Origin: Octopus sinensis
Lineage: Eukaryota
DNA length: 64,000 nt
Assembly (NCBI RefSeq): GCF_006345805.1
Contig: NC_043016.1
Span: forward strand, 7,378,001 to 7,442,000
Reading direction: 5' to 3'
Of the stretch, positions 37,875 through 50,617 are shown piece by piece (the stretch's first letter is position 1; each line of letters starts with the position of its first letter). The notes beneath the pieces were generated by a model, which saw only the letters and a program-made list of their open reading frames with translations, had not been told where the DNA came from and did not search any database. The position numbers and the translations under genes were made by a program.

Positions 37875-39528
37875 TTAGGGCTGTACAGGCTCTATACAGA
37901 GAGGCTGTCAGCAAGGTTAGGATTGGGCAACGAATATAGTGAAGAATTCCAGGTAGAAGTAGTGTGCACCAGGGCTCAGCCCTCAGTCCCCTTTTATTCA
38001 TCATAGTCCTCCAGGCAATAACAGAGGAATTCAAAACGGGATGCCCCTGGAGCTCCTCTATGCTGATGACCTAGCTCTCATAGCAGAATCACTACCGGAA
38101 CTAGAAAAGAAATTTCGGGTGTGGTAGCAAGGGTTAGAATCAAAGAGCCTTAGAGTAAATGTAGCAAAAACCAAAGTAATAGTAAGCAGCAAGGCGTACT
38201 CAGCACACACCCCCTCGGGTAGGTGGCCCTGCTCAATCTGTAGGAAAGGTACAGGTAGAAACTCCATAAGATGCACCCAATGTAAGCTATGGACGCATAA
38301 GAGGTGCAGCAACATTAAAGGGAAATTAACAGATAAGATAGCTTTCATGTGCGGCAGATGCACAGGGACAATAGACACAACAGACACTCAGAAAACATTC
38401 CATCACACTCCAGGGAGAGAAACTAGAAGTAGTTGATAGTTTTCCGCTACCTGGGTGACCAAGTTAGTAGCGGAGGTGGATGCACAGAGAGTATCACCAC
38501 TAGAATACGAATAGCCTGGGCACAGTTTCAGAAAGCTCCTACCCCTACTGGCGGCAAAGGGTTCTCCTCAGAGATGAAAGGTAGATTGTATGATGCATGT
38601 GTGCGAACTGCCATGCTTCACGGTAATGAAACATGGGCTGTGACTGCAGAGGACATGCATAGACTTGAAAGAAATGAAGCTAGCATGATCCGCTGGATGT
38701 GTAGTGTCAGTGTGCATGCACGACAGAGTGTAAGTATCCTGAGAGAAATGCTGGATATAAGAAGCATCAGATGTGGTGTGCAAGAGCGACGCTTGCGATG
38801 GTATGGTCATGTGCTGCGGATGGATGAAGAGAGATGTGTGAAGAAGTGCCACTCCCAAACAGTTGAAGTAGAGGGGGAGAGGTAGACCAAGGAAGACATG
38901 GGATGCGGTAGTCAAGCATGACCTCAGAGCATTGGGCCTCACTGAGGCAATGGCGAAGGACCGAGATCTCTGGAGATATGCTGTGACTGCAAAGACCCGG
39001 GCTGCTTCCTGCATCAGTTCCACATAGCCCCTGCCCATTCAAAGTACCCCGGATCCCAGATAGTCCTGCTGTGCCTGAGGAGATCTGTTGAGTCAAGTAC
39101 ATGAACATGAACGTCGAAATAAATATCAATGGAAATAGGAGTTATGATGCCTGTGCCGGTGGCACATAAAAAGTACTATCCGAACGTGGCCGATGCCAGC
39201 GCTGCCCCGACTGGCCTCTGTGCCGGTAAAGACCATCCGAACGTTGCCAGCGCCGCCTTGGCTGGCTCCCATGCCGCTGGACGTTAAAAAGCTCGTACCG
39301 ATCGTGACTGATGCCGGACCCCCCGGCCCCTGTGCAGGTGGCACGTAAAAAGCACCCTCACTCGCGGAGGAGTGGTTGGCGTTAGGAAGGGCATCCAGCC
39401 GTAGAAACTCTGCCAGATCAGACTGGAGCCTGGAGCGGCCCCTGGCTTCCCAGACCCCGGTCGAACTGTCCACCCGTGCTAGCGCGGAAACGGACGTTAA
39501 ACGATGATGATGATGATGATGATGATGA
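37875..39528 (+). mobile_element. 5'-truncated RTE LINE: RT with PHD-like insertion, 3' UTR, (GAT)n tail
   Basis: Frameshifted '[16 protein letters not shown]...LLYADDLALIAES...RVNVAKTK...PCSICRKG...IRCTQCKLWTHKRCS...FMCGRC...FRYLGD...RRLRWYGHVLRM...RGRPRKTW'; ends 'ggacgttaaac(gat)n'. Confidence 0.95.
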
Positions 39529-39606
39529 TATATATATACATGTAAATTAAATTTAAAATAATAAAGGTGAAAAATTCAATATAATTTGATTAATATGAAT
39601 TTAATA

Positions 39607-39953
39607 CTAGTGGTGTAGCATATAAGACCATAGCGGATCTTCTTCTAGCATAATGGATAATGGATGTCCAGTTACACTTCATCCCTGTTATACAATAGTT
39701 TCAGTATTAAAGTGAAAGTATCTGACATTACAATAGAGAGATGTTTTTGTTTCACTTTTGACACGTAATACTGAAATAGTGGAGAAGATATGATATTGCT
39801 GTGGGCTTGCACTAGGCAAAAAGTTGCTCATGACACTACATGGACCCTAAGTAAGGCATGTATAAAATTTGAATGAAATTGGTTGTGTAGTTCTCAAGTT
39901 TTAGGGATTCACACAGACAGACAGACACACATTCTCAGTGTTATATATATAGA
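39607..39953 (-). mobile_element. Non-autonomous Helitron
   Basis: Minus-strand 5' end 'a|tctatatatataacactgagaatgtgtgtctgtctgtc...ccaatttcattcaaatttt'; 3' end uncertain (CTAG at 39607 or about 39645). Confidence 0.6.
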
Positions 39954-39963
39954 TATATATATA

Positions 39964-40163
39964 TCATCATCATCATCATCATCGTTTAACGTCCGTTCTC
40001 CATGCTAGCATGGGTTGGACGGTTCGACCGGGGATCTGGGAAGCCAGAAGGCTGCACCAGGCTCCAGTCTTATCTGGCAGTGTTTCTACAGCTGGATGCC
40101 CTTCCTAATGCCAACCACTCCGTGAGTGTAGTGGGTGCTTTTTACGTGCCACCTGCACAGGTG
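39964..40163 (-). mobile_element. Solo RTE 3' end
   Basis: (CAT)n then 'cgtttaacgtccgttctccatgctagc...ggatgcccttcctaatgccaacc'. Confidence 0.88.
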
Positions 40164-40244
40164 ATATATTATATGTATATATATATATATATATACACAG
40201 AAACATACATATACACACATATATACACACATATGTTATATATA

Positions 40245-40303
<59 letters not shown>

Positions 40304-41004
40304 GTATAATCACAAATTTCAATGCAAGTAGAAGCATGATAGATGAGAAAAGAGAAAAGAAGAAAGAGAGAGAGGAAGAGAGAAGGAATGGTGAGAGGGT
40401 GAGGTTGGGTGAGAGGGGAGAGAAGGAGAGGGAGAAGGCAAGAAAGAGAGAGGGAGAAAGATAGCTAGCTAGCTAGCTAGATAGATAGATAGAGAGAGAG
40501 AGAGTGAGAGTGTTTGTGAGAGAGAGAGATAGAGAGATGGCATTATTAATTGATTGATTGAATGACTGTTAATATTTCTCTTAATATGTCTAATATTTTT
40601 ACAACTGGTTGCATTAGAACATCTCCACATTATCCATCTTGATAATAAGCACAACAGCTTGCATAGTAATAGGGCCGATAAGATATTAAGGCGATAAAAC
40701 CATTTATTTATATCTTTTAACATTACACAGATAAATTTTGCCCAGGTGGGTTTTATTTCCCACCTGCCATATTCAAGATTAATAAAATGAATATTAATAT
40801 CGTACATAGATTGATTCAATTCACCATATCTGAATGGTGATAAGCTATGCAGAAGATATATCCAACTGATTGACTATAAAGATAAACTATAATGATGAAA
40901 ATGATAACACACCTGTATATATATATATATATATGTGTGTGTATGGTGATTTCTTAATCATCACAAAATATATATGTGAGCAACTGTCAGTGTATGTATG
41001 TATA

Positions 41005-41382
41005 CTCTTTTACTTGTTTCAGTCATTTGACTGTGGCCATGCTGGAGCACCACCTTTAATCGAGCAACTCGACACCGGGACTATTCTTTTGTAAGCCCAG
41101 TACTTATTCTAACCGCTAAGTAACGGGGACATAAACACAACCAGCATCGGTTGTCAAGCAATGCTAGGGGGACAACACAGACACACAAACACACACACGC
41201 ATATATATAATACATATATACGACGGGCTTTTTCAGTGTCTGTCTTCCAATCCACTCACAGGCTTTGGTCAGCCCGAGGCTATAGTAGAAGACACTTTCC
41301 AAGGTGCCACGCAGTGGGACTGAACCTGGAACCATGTGGTTGGTAAACAAGCTACTTACCACACAGCCACTCCTGCACCTAT
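41005..41382 (-). mobile_element. SINE family A
   Basis: Near-full-length copy, colinear with 41920-42317. Confidence 0.85.
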
Positions 41383-41774
41383 GTATGATTTTTCTTTGAG
41401 TTTAATCTAAGTACTTCTTGAGAGAGTTCAAGCCAGCCACTAACAAAGCAACATGACTTTTTTTGAGTTGAGAGAATTCCTGGTGTTTGTAAATATGCGA
41501 CTGAATTGGTGTGTTGATTGTGTTGATTGCACTGTCGATGCATTTACCCAAGCATATGTATCTATTCACATAAGAATCTCAGACAGAGAACTTTTTGGAA
41601 TATTTTACAGATCTTTACTGTGCCACTAATAGATTAGATTTGAAGAATCTGTGTCGGTTTCTTTTTCCCTTTTTTTTTTTTGGTTGTGAAACTGAGTATT
41701 TCTAGGTTTTTGTGCAAATTTGTTGGTACATAAACTAATGCACCTATGATGATAGACAACAAATGAGAATTCGC

Positions 41775-41805
<31 letters not shown>

Positions 41806-41919
41806 TGTATGTATGTATGTGTGTATGCGTGTATGACTGTGTGTATGAATGTATGTATGTATGTATGTATGAATGTATGTATGTATGTATTATATATATG
41901 TATGTATACTCTTTACTCT

Positions 41920-42317
41920 CTTTTACTTCTTTCAGTCATTTGACTGTGGCCATGCTGGAGCACCGCCTTTAATCGAGCAACTCGACCCCGGGACTTATTC
42001 TTTTGTAAGCTCAGTACTTATTCTATCGGTCTCTTTTGCCGAACTTCTAAGTATTGGGGACATAAACACACCAGCATTGGTTGTCAAGCAATGCTAGGGG
42101 GACAAACACAGACACACAAACACACAGACATGCATATATATATATATACATATATACGACGGGCTTCTTTCAGTTTCCGTCTACCAAATCCACTCATAAG
42201 GCTTTGGTCGGCCTGAGGCTATTGTAGAAGACGCTTGCCCTAGGTGCCATGCAGTGGGACTGAACCTGGAACCATGTGGTTGGTAAACAAGCTACTTACC
42301 ACACAGCCACTCCTGCA
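41920..42317 (-). mobile_element. SINE family A
   Basis: Full-length copy between (TATG)n tracts. Confidence 0.85.
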
Positions 42318-42638
42318 TGTATGTATGTATTATATATATATGTATGTATTATGTATGTATCCATGTATGCATGTATGTATGTATTTATGTGTGTATGTAT
42401 GTATGTATGCATGTATGTATGCATGTATGTATGTATTATATATATATGTATGTATTATGTATGTATGTATGTATCCATGCATGCATGTATGTATGTATTT
42501 ATGTGTGTATGTATGTATGTATGTATGTATGTATGCATGTATGTATGTATGTATGTATGTATGTATGTATGTATGTATGTATGTATGTATTATATATATA
42601 TATGCATTATATATGTATGTATGTATTATGTATGTATG

Positions 42639-42669
<31 letters not shown>

Positions 42670-42722
42670 GTGTGTGTGTGTGTATGTATGTATGAATGTG
42701 TGTATGTATTTTTATGTATAAT
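42318..42722. repeat. (TATG)n microsatellite
   Basis: Simple repeat. Confidence 0.95.
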
Positions 42723-43014
42723 ATCATTATAACTTCTGCTTCTCCATGCTCGCTTAGAAATTTATAGGAATTCATTGAGGTAGATCTTCTATGCCCAAAT
42801 GCTCCTCTTGTCACCATCTCTCTTAACTGGACGTGTTTTCATGACTGTTGGCAAGGAAGGATACTAATTGTATGATGTTGATGCTCATTTTCAACCATTG
42901 CATTATTTCAAGATAAAGAGACAAACATATATACACACACATATATATGCACATTCATACACCCATTCACACCACACACGCAAAACATGCTCACAGTTAA
43001 TATATATATATAAT

Positions 43015-43430
43015 AATTATTTGAGGGAATATTATTCCTAAATTACAGGGAAAAATCCAATTTAGAAATACTAAATCAAATTTCACAAAATATAATATAT
43101 ATATATAAAAATTAGAAAAAAACCACCTTTTACCAATTCAAAATGAACAGTTAAATTACTCCATCTAGAAAATTACATATAATAGAAATATTAAAATTAA
43201 AATAACAATAATATACCAATGATTAAGTAAATTGCAAAATATAGCCATGAAACACGTGTCGTTATTCTACCAATTATATACGTTTTTATTATTATTTTGC
43301 AATTTACTTAATCATCAGTATATTATTGTTATTTTAATTTTAATATTTCCATTATATGTAATTTTCTAGATGGTGTAATTTAATTGTTCATTTTGAATTG
43401 ATAAAAGGTGATTTTTTCTAATTTATATAT
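43015..43430. mobile_element. Fold-back AT-rich element (probable PLE-type terminus)
   Basis: About 43100-43241 and 43293-43430 are inverted; central 'gaaacacgtgtc'; homologous to 6765-6962. Confidence 0.65.
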
Positions 43431-44005
43431 ATGGTGAGCTTGCAGAGGGGAAACGCTATTGGTGTAAACCTAAAAAAAGGTTTGATGCCATAAGGTCTAC
43501 CATGATGTCACTTGGAATGAATCCAGAGGACATAGAAACACTTGCTTCAGATTGAGCTGGATGGCAAACAAAAGTGTGGAGTAGAGTGAAAGCATTTGAA
43601 GAGGTCAGGATAACGCATACAAGACTCAAGAGAGATTTAAAAAAGAATGTTACGATTGAGGTGAATCACAATGACCTTTTTGCGTGCACAGTTTGTGACA
43701 GACCATACCTTTCTTTTGCTGGGCTCAAAACTCATCTGTGAATCCATGGAAAGTGAACCTCCACCAAATGCAATGTATGCCAGAAGGTCTGCAAATCTAA
43801 TGGAGGCCTCAATAGACATTTTAAGATCCAGAAAGATCAGAACTTAACTACGCAGATCTTGGTGGTCCAAATTGGATATGCAATCTATGTGGGTGTCTTT
43901 TCAAAACATGTTGTCTGGTTTGAAAGGCCACATGAGATGCCATGATGAATCTAAGGTGTAGGTACAGGAGGTGGTCACATTCTGCATAAGGAGTAGACAG
44001 CTACC
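43430..44005 (+). mobile_element. RTE (BovB-like) LINE 3' end with C2H2 zinc fingers
   Basis: 'YGELAEGKR...PKKRF...IETLASD*AGW...VKAFEE.R' then 'CTVCDRPYLSFAGLKTHL*IH', 'CNVCQKVCKSNGGLNRHFKI' and a frameshifted 'CNLCG...GLKGHMRCH'. Confidence 0.8.
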
Positions 44006-44081
44006 ATATACAGACACTCACGCATGCACGCATGCACGCACGCACGCACACACACATGTGTGTGTGTGTATGTATTTATAT

Positions 44082-44400
44082 TAGGTCTAATCAAAAAATA
44101 CTGGGACTGTTGCTATGGTAATAGAGTTTAAGTATGCAGAGTGAAGTCACTCGACACAGGCTGACTTTGAACTCTGTTGCATATGCACACTAAATTATAA
44201 TGCTCTCATTCACTTCTGTTGTTGGTACTAGGGCTTGAAAGGAAAGTGTGTAGAGTGTGGTTGTCTCAAAAACAAGATTGGCTGATTAAAGTATGTTGAT
44301 TAAAGATCTCTTTCAGTGTATTGGTTAAAGACAAAAACTTTTTGAAAATGATCAGAATGGGTAATGACTCATGTGTCCATAGCTTAATTCTTCAGTAGAA
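44082..44400 (+). mobile_element. Mariner left-end relic
   Basis: 'taggtctaatcaaaaaatac...' is the diverged reverse complement of 25300-25486. Confidence 0.65.
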
Positions 44401-44881
44401 CACCTCTAACAAGATTTCAAGACATTGAAGAAATCCAAAAAAAAATGCGATCCTGAAATCTGGATCACTGAGCACTCACCTGCACTCATTTACACACCAA
44501 CCACCCATTTACACACCCTGTACCCATTTCAAACGTTACCAGCTGCAAGCATGGGGTTCCCCATTCTTCAGTTAGACAAGGAAGGGTCCTTACAATCTAA
44601 AATCCCCTGTTCTTCCACTTTTGGGTCAGATGAACTGGTCTAAGGGTGATAACCTGTTCTCGCTGACCCCGGAGTATTTATTCTTTGGTGACTTACTGAC
44701 CAACAGACTGCAATGGATTCCTGCCTCCCAGAGGCAAAGGGTTACATTTATCTTTGGCTTTACAGACTGACAAGATGCCCATGGTGTTAATCCCTTTGTG
44801 GATGTGAAACCATTGGTCACTCTATGACCGGATATAGACTTAACTACATATAAATATACATGTATATTGTCTATGAATATA

Positions 44882-45245
44882 TCATCATCATCATCATCAT
44901 CATCATGATTGTTTAACGCCCGTTTTCCATGCCAGCACGGGTTGGTCGGTTCGACCGGGATCTGGGAAGCCAGGAGGCTGCACCAGGCTCCAGTCTGATT
45001 TGGCAGTGTTTCTACAGCTGGATACCCTTCCTAACGCCAACCACTCCATGAGTGTAGTGGCTGCTTTTTTCATGCCACCAGCACAGAAGCCAGTCAAGGC
45101 GGCGCTGGCATCGGCCACGTTTGGATGGTACTTTTTACGTGCCACCGCCACAGGTATCACAACTACAATTTCCATTTGATGTTGATTTACTTGACTCAAT
45201 AGGTCTCTTCATGCACAGCAGGTCATTCTGCAATCCAAAGTACTA
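44882..45245 (-). mobile_element. Solo RTE 3' end
   Basis: (CAT)n tail plus conserved 3' UTR. Confidence 0.85.
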
Positions 45246-45491
45246 TATATATATATATATATAATATATATATATATAGAGAGATTTTTGCCAAAGATAT
45301 GAACACATAATAAAATGTTTCTGCTACATATAATGATTGGTGTTGAGAAAGGCACCAATTTGTAGAAACCAAATTAGGATTGAAACTTTCAAGTCAAAAG
45401 TAGTCCTCCAAATCTTCAGTTATTCTATAGTAGAAGTGATATGGAGAAAACAGACCCATGCTAATTTGGAAAAATCATGTATGGTGTGGTG

Positions 45492-45527
<36 letters not shown>

Positions 45528-46049
45528 ATGTATCTTTTTCTGAATTTGTGTAAATGTGTATAGTATAATATATCAGTTGAATAAAGTTACAAACTGGTAT
45601 GGTTTTCATATTTTTTATTATTGCCTGTAAAAAAAAATTTTTTTTACAATGTTGAAGTGTGTTAAACATTAAAAAACTATTTTGTAATGTTCATAAAGTT
45701 CTGTTAGCGCTTTCATACCTTCATAGTAATCATCAAATTTCAAAATGTATTGACTGAAAGTTGAGTTGAGTTCTTGATAACTGTAGTAAAATGACTGACT
45801 TCTTTCTTTTTATGTGTTTTAGAAGGCTCTGAAAAGCTGAATTTTTTAAAATACAGTTTGACCAATAAACATGCAGCTTAAATGTCATGGTTTGCCAGGT
45901 GCACTGAAATTACTGGTAGAGATCTCACCTTTATTTTAACCAGTTAGTTCGCAGATAATTGTAATAGTTTTATGAGTGAGCAAACATAGTTGGTTTTGAT
46001 TGTTTTTATTTCAGTCAGTGGGAGTCTTCTATAATTTGTTTAGATTCAT

Positions 46050-46447
46050 ATCTCTTTTACTTGTTTCAGTCATTTGACTGTGGCCATGCTGCAGCACCGC
46101 CTTTAGTTGAGCAAATCGACCCCAAGACTTATTCTTTGTAAGCCTAGTACTTATTCTATTGGTTTCTTTTGCTTAACCGCTAAGTTACAGGGTTGTAAAT
46201 ACCATCGGTTGTCAAACGATGTTGGGGGGGACAAACACAGACACACATACATATATACATATATACGATGGGCTTCTTTCAGTTTTCATCTACCAAATCC
46301 ACTCACAAGGCTTTGGTTGGCCCAAGGCTTTGGTTGGCCCAAGGCTATAGTAGAAGACACTTGCCCAAGGTGCCATGCAGTGGGACTGAACCCGGAACCA
46401 TGTGGTTGGTAAGCAAGCTACTTACCACACAGCCACTCCTGCGCCTA
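46050..46447 (-). mobile_element. SINE family A
   Basis: Full length; internal tandem duplication of 'caaggctttggttggcc'. Confidence 0.85.
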
Positions 46448-46834
46448 GATTTGAACATTTTAATAAAACATTTTTTTTATCTTTCTTCCAGCCTCACTTG
46501 TGTCTCATGTAGTTTGTAGAAAGGAAGAAACAGTAACATTTTCTGACCACATGTTTCTATATGTTCGTTCAATGGAATTTGGCAAGCATTAGTGTTCTGG
46601 ATACGTTGTCTGTGAACTCGTGAGCATTCTGATAATGCATTCTCTGTCTTGCTAGTTGAACTCTATGAATATTACAAAATATTTTTTTTAATGCTTAACA
46701 CACTTCAACATTGTAAAAGAATTTTTAAAAAAATACAATAATAAAAACGTAAAGACCAGACCATTTTGTAACTTTATTCAACTGATATATATATACACAA
46801 ATGTATGGTATGTGTATGTACAGCTGTGTGAATA

Positions 46835-46866
<32 letters not shown>

Positions 46867-47727
46867 TTGTAAACAGACCGAAAGGCTTTGTAATTTATGG
46901 AGAGAAAGCTGGTATTTGTTTGTATTTAAAAAATGTTGCTTCAGATCGAAGAATAAAATATTATTATGATATATTATTGTACAATTATATAGATGTGTGT
47001 GTTTGGGTGTGTATATATATATATATATATAAATACAATAATAAAAAACATGAAAATCAGACCGTGTTGTAACTTTATTCAGTTGATATATATATATATA
47101 TAGACACACACAAATGTTTGGTATGTGTATGTACAAGTGTGTGCATATGTGTGTGTGTGTATGTAGTATTTGTAAACAAACCAAAAAGCTTTGTAAGTAA
47201 CAGAGAGAAAACTACTATTTGCCTGTGTTTAAAACTTGTCATATGATTTATGGTATATTATCATACAGTTATATATTATATACATGTGTATATATATATA
47301 TATATATATAACGGGAAGCTTTATGAAAATAAACAAAAGATGAAGGCAGGTGGAATACAAACAAACAATTGTATTAGTATGGCGCTCAGGAATATAAATA
47401 AAACAAGTCTTTTACGTTTCGAGCCTACGCTCTTCAACAGAAAGATACACAGAAAAGAAACGCAGAAAGAAACAAGGAGAGAAAAAAAATGCGTGCAGAG
47501 GCTAGCGAATCAACATGGTGATCTGATCAAACGTGAGACGCAAGAGCGAAATTATATATATATATATATATCAATCAATATAAGGGTAACAAAAAATTCA
47601 AGAAAAATTTTCTGCAACCAGCGGTCAAGTGAGAAAATAGAGATAGTCACAGACTAATAATATATTCAACAAATAATTAAGGAATGACCCTGAGAAGGTC
47701 GTTCGACTCACTTTGTTTGTATATATA

Positions 47728-47778
<51 letters not shown>

Positions 47779-47789
47779 ATATAATATAT

Positions 47790-48067
47790 ATAAGTGACAG
47801 GGACGTAAACACACCAGCATCGGTTGTCAAGCAATGCTAGGGGGACAAACACAGTCACCAAACACACACACACATAATATTATATATATATATATACCTG
47901 TATACGACAGGCTTCTTTCAGTTTCCGCCTTCCAAATCCACTCACAAGGCATTGGTCGGCCCTAGGCTATAGTAGAAGACACTTGCCCAGATGCCACAGA
48001 ACCTGGAACCATGTGGTTGGTAAACAAGCTACTTACCACACAGCCACTCCTTCGCCTATATATATAT

Positions 48068-48121
<54 letters not shown>

Positions 48122-48189
48122 AGTGACAGGGACAAACACACCAGCATCGGTTGTCAAGCAATGCTAGGGGGACAAACACAGTCACACAA

Positions 48190-48224
<35 letters not shown>

Positions 48225-48381
48225 CATGTATACGACAGGCTTCTTTCAGTTTCCGCCTTCCAAATCCACTCACAAGGCATTGGTCGGCCCAGGCTATAGT
48301 AGAAGACACTTGCCCAAGATGCCACAGAACTGGAACCATGTGGTTGGTAAACAAGCTACTTACCACACAGCCACTCCTGCG

Positions 48382-48386
<5 letters not shown>
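47790..48386 (-). mobile_element. Tandem pair of near-identical truncated family A SINEs
   Basis: 47790-48058 and 48120-48386 share the same truncation point and diagnostic variants, separated by (TA)n. Confidence 0.85.
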
Positions 48387-48422
<36 letters not shown>

Positions 48423-48710
48423 GGCGGTGCCCTGGCCACAGCTTGTGAGCTGAAACTAAATAAAAAAAAAAAAAATATATATATATATATATGATCAATT
48501 GGTGTTAAATGACTCTAAAGCAGCAACTGGAACAATTAACAATCCTGAAGGGAACTACACGAGTCTTTGGGCTCTGTGACAGGATATGTCAAAAACAAAC
48601 AGAATTGAATAACAAAAATACCTGTTGAATCAGGTGAGTCAGTGACAATATCGTATTTCATGGATCTTTGCAAATTGGGGGAAAAAAAAATCATCATCAT
48701 CATCATCATT

Positions 48711-48742
<32 letters not shown>

Positions 48743-48958
48743 TGTTGTTTTTCTTTAAATACAGATATGACTTATTTGTGTTCAATCTGTAGTAATTAGT
48801 GTTCCATCGTGGTGATGATGATGATGATTATGATAAGGGGTGGAAGAGGAGGAGGGGTAGAAGGTGACATTTGTTAGGATTTTGTTTTTTTAATTTGCTG
48901 CTTACTTAATAATTTTAATAATTTTGATATAAAAAATAAAATGAAAATTTTAAAAAAT

Positions 48959-49005
<47 letters not shown>

Positions 49006-50391
49006 TAAAAATGTAGTCAGGAAATCGCTGGAACATCCTGCATTTTTTTGTTGTTGCTCTGCAAACCATTTTAAAAATGGAAAAAAAAGGAGAGAGAAAC
49101 AAAAAAGCAAAAAATAAAATCTCTACTTATAAAGCATAAAAAAATATACAATTACAACCAAAACTTGAAAAAAAGAAAACAAAAATGGACAATTTGAGAA
49201 ACTAAAATTATTTCTGATTTTAGAATGATTCTATTACGACAGATACTCGATCCTATCCTGACCTGCTTTGACCTAAAATGAAAGCACATGCATAAAACCC
49301 CTGCTTCATAGCTGACAGTTTCTCTTGCGATATCTCTCTCTCTCAGCCTTTAATTTCAACACACAGATCAATCAATCAGACAGCTAACGTAATTTGACAT
49401 TTTCTAAATGTTTTTTTTTTTTCTGTCACTATCATATTTTTTACTTGACAACTGTTTTTCATTTTGACTGCTATTCTTATCTGATCACCACTTTTGAGTG
49501 TAATAATCATTCTCCTCACTTTAAGAGACTCTATGTTTCTTTTTCCCCTGATAGTTTTTTTTTTATATTAGATAACCATTCTTGTGCTATTTTTTCTTTG
49601 ACATCAAATTTTTCATTTACTTTATTATAACTATTTTTGACACCCCCCCCTTTTCTTGTTTATTATTCTTTCTTTTCTCTTTGGTACTCTATAATTCTTT
49701 TCCTATGCTGTTACTTTTATCTCAAGACAGAAGTTCTGGAGTTTGACAACCATTTATCTCTAAGACAGCTATTCCTGAATTTGATTCCATGTTTTTCTAC
49801 TTTGTTTCATACTTTATTGTTTGTATTTATTTCCATTTCTGCTCTTGACTTTTACAGCAATTCTTTTTTTTAGGTCTTTGACATCTAAACTCATTGCTTG
49901 GGTTTCATATCATTTCCACATTGGTAACTTTTCTGTATTCTCCAATAAGTATTCTAACAGGAATTGTAAGACAGACCAAAATGAAATGAAATAAATAAAA
50001 TGTACAAAAAACAACTAGAAAACAATAAATGATTACAAAAAAAAAAACAATGAAATAAATGGTTTTGTTTCGAGTTCAAAATTTCAGAACTGAAATTCAT
50101 AAAACTTGTTATTAACATATGATTCAGCAGTGGTAAATATACCACCGGTACTGAAGTAGAGTGTGCTGAATGTTATCATATATATATATATATATAGTAG
50201 TTTTTAGTAGTTTTTAGTAGTTTTGACCGCATTAGTTCCTCTTAGCATGTTGGTATCTACGAATAGTAGTACCCTCAATATAATATAAATGAATATTTTC
50301 AAAGAGGAAGAATTTACGGATTTTTTCTCTTACGAGGTTTTTCACGCTGACTACTGATAATTTCTTTTAAAGATTTTATCCTCAATTGTTA

Positions 50392-50422
<31 letters not shown>

Positions 50423-50553
50423 CATTGTTTCAGCACAGAGCTGCGCCCATGCTGATGCACATATTCCATATTCCAAGATCAAATGATTAAATTATGTTCA
50501 TATGTGTGTGCACATGCATGCACGCATGCACACACACACACACACACACACAC

Positions 50554-50598
<45 letters not shown>

Positions 50599-50617
50599 CA
50601 TATATATTATTATTATT

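Noticed and set aside
47686-47710. CTGAGAA-GGTCG-TT-CGAC hairpin as a hammerhead half
   Set aside because: G8 is absent and no GAAA/stem III follows.
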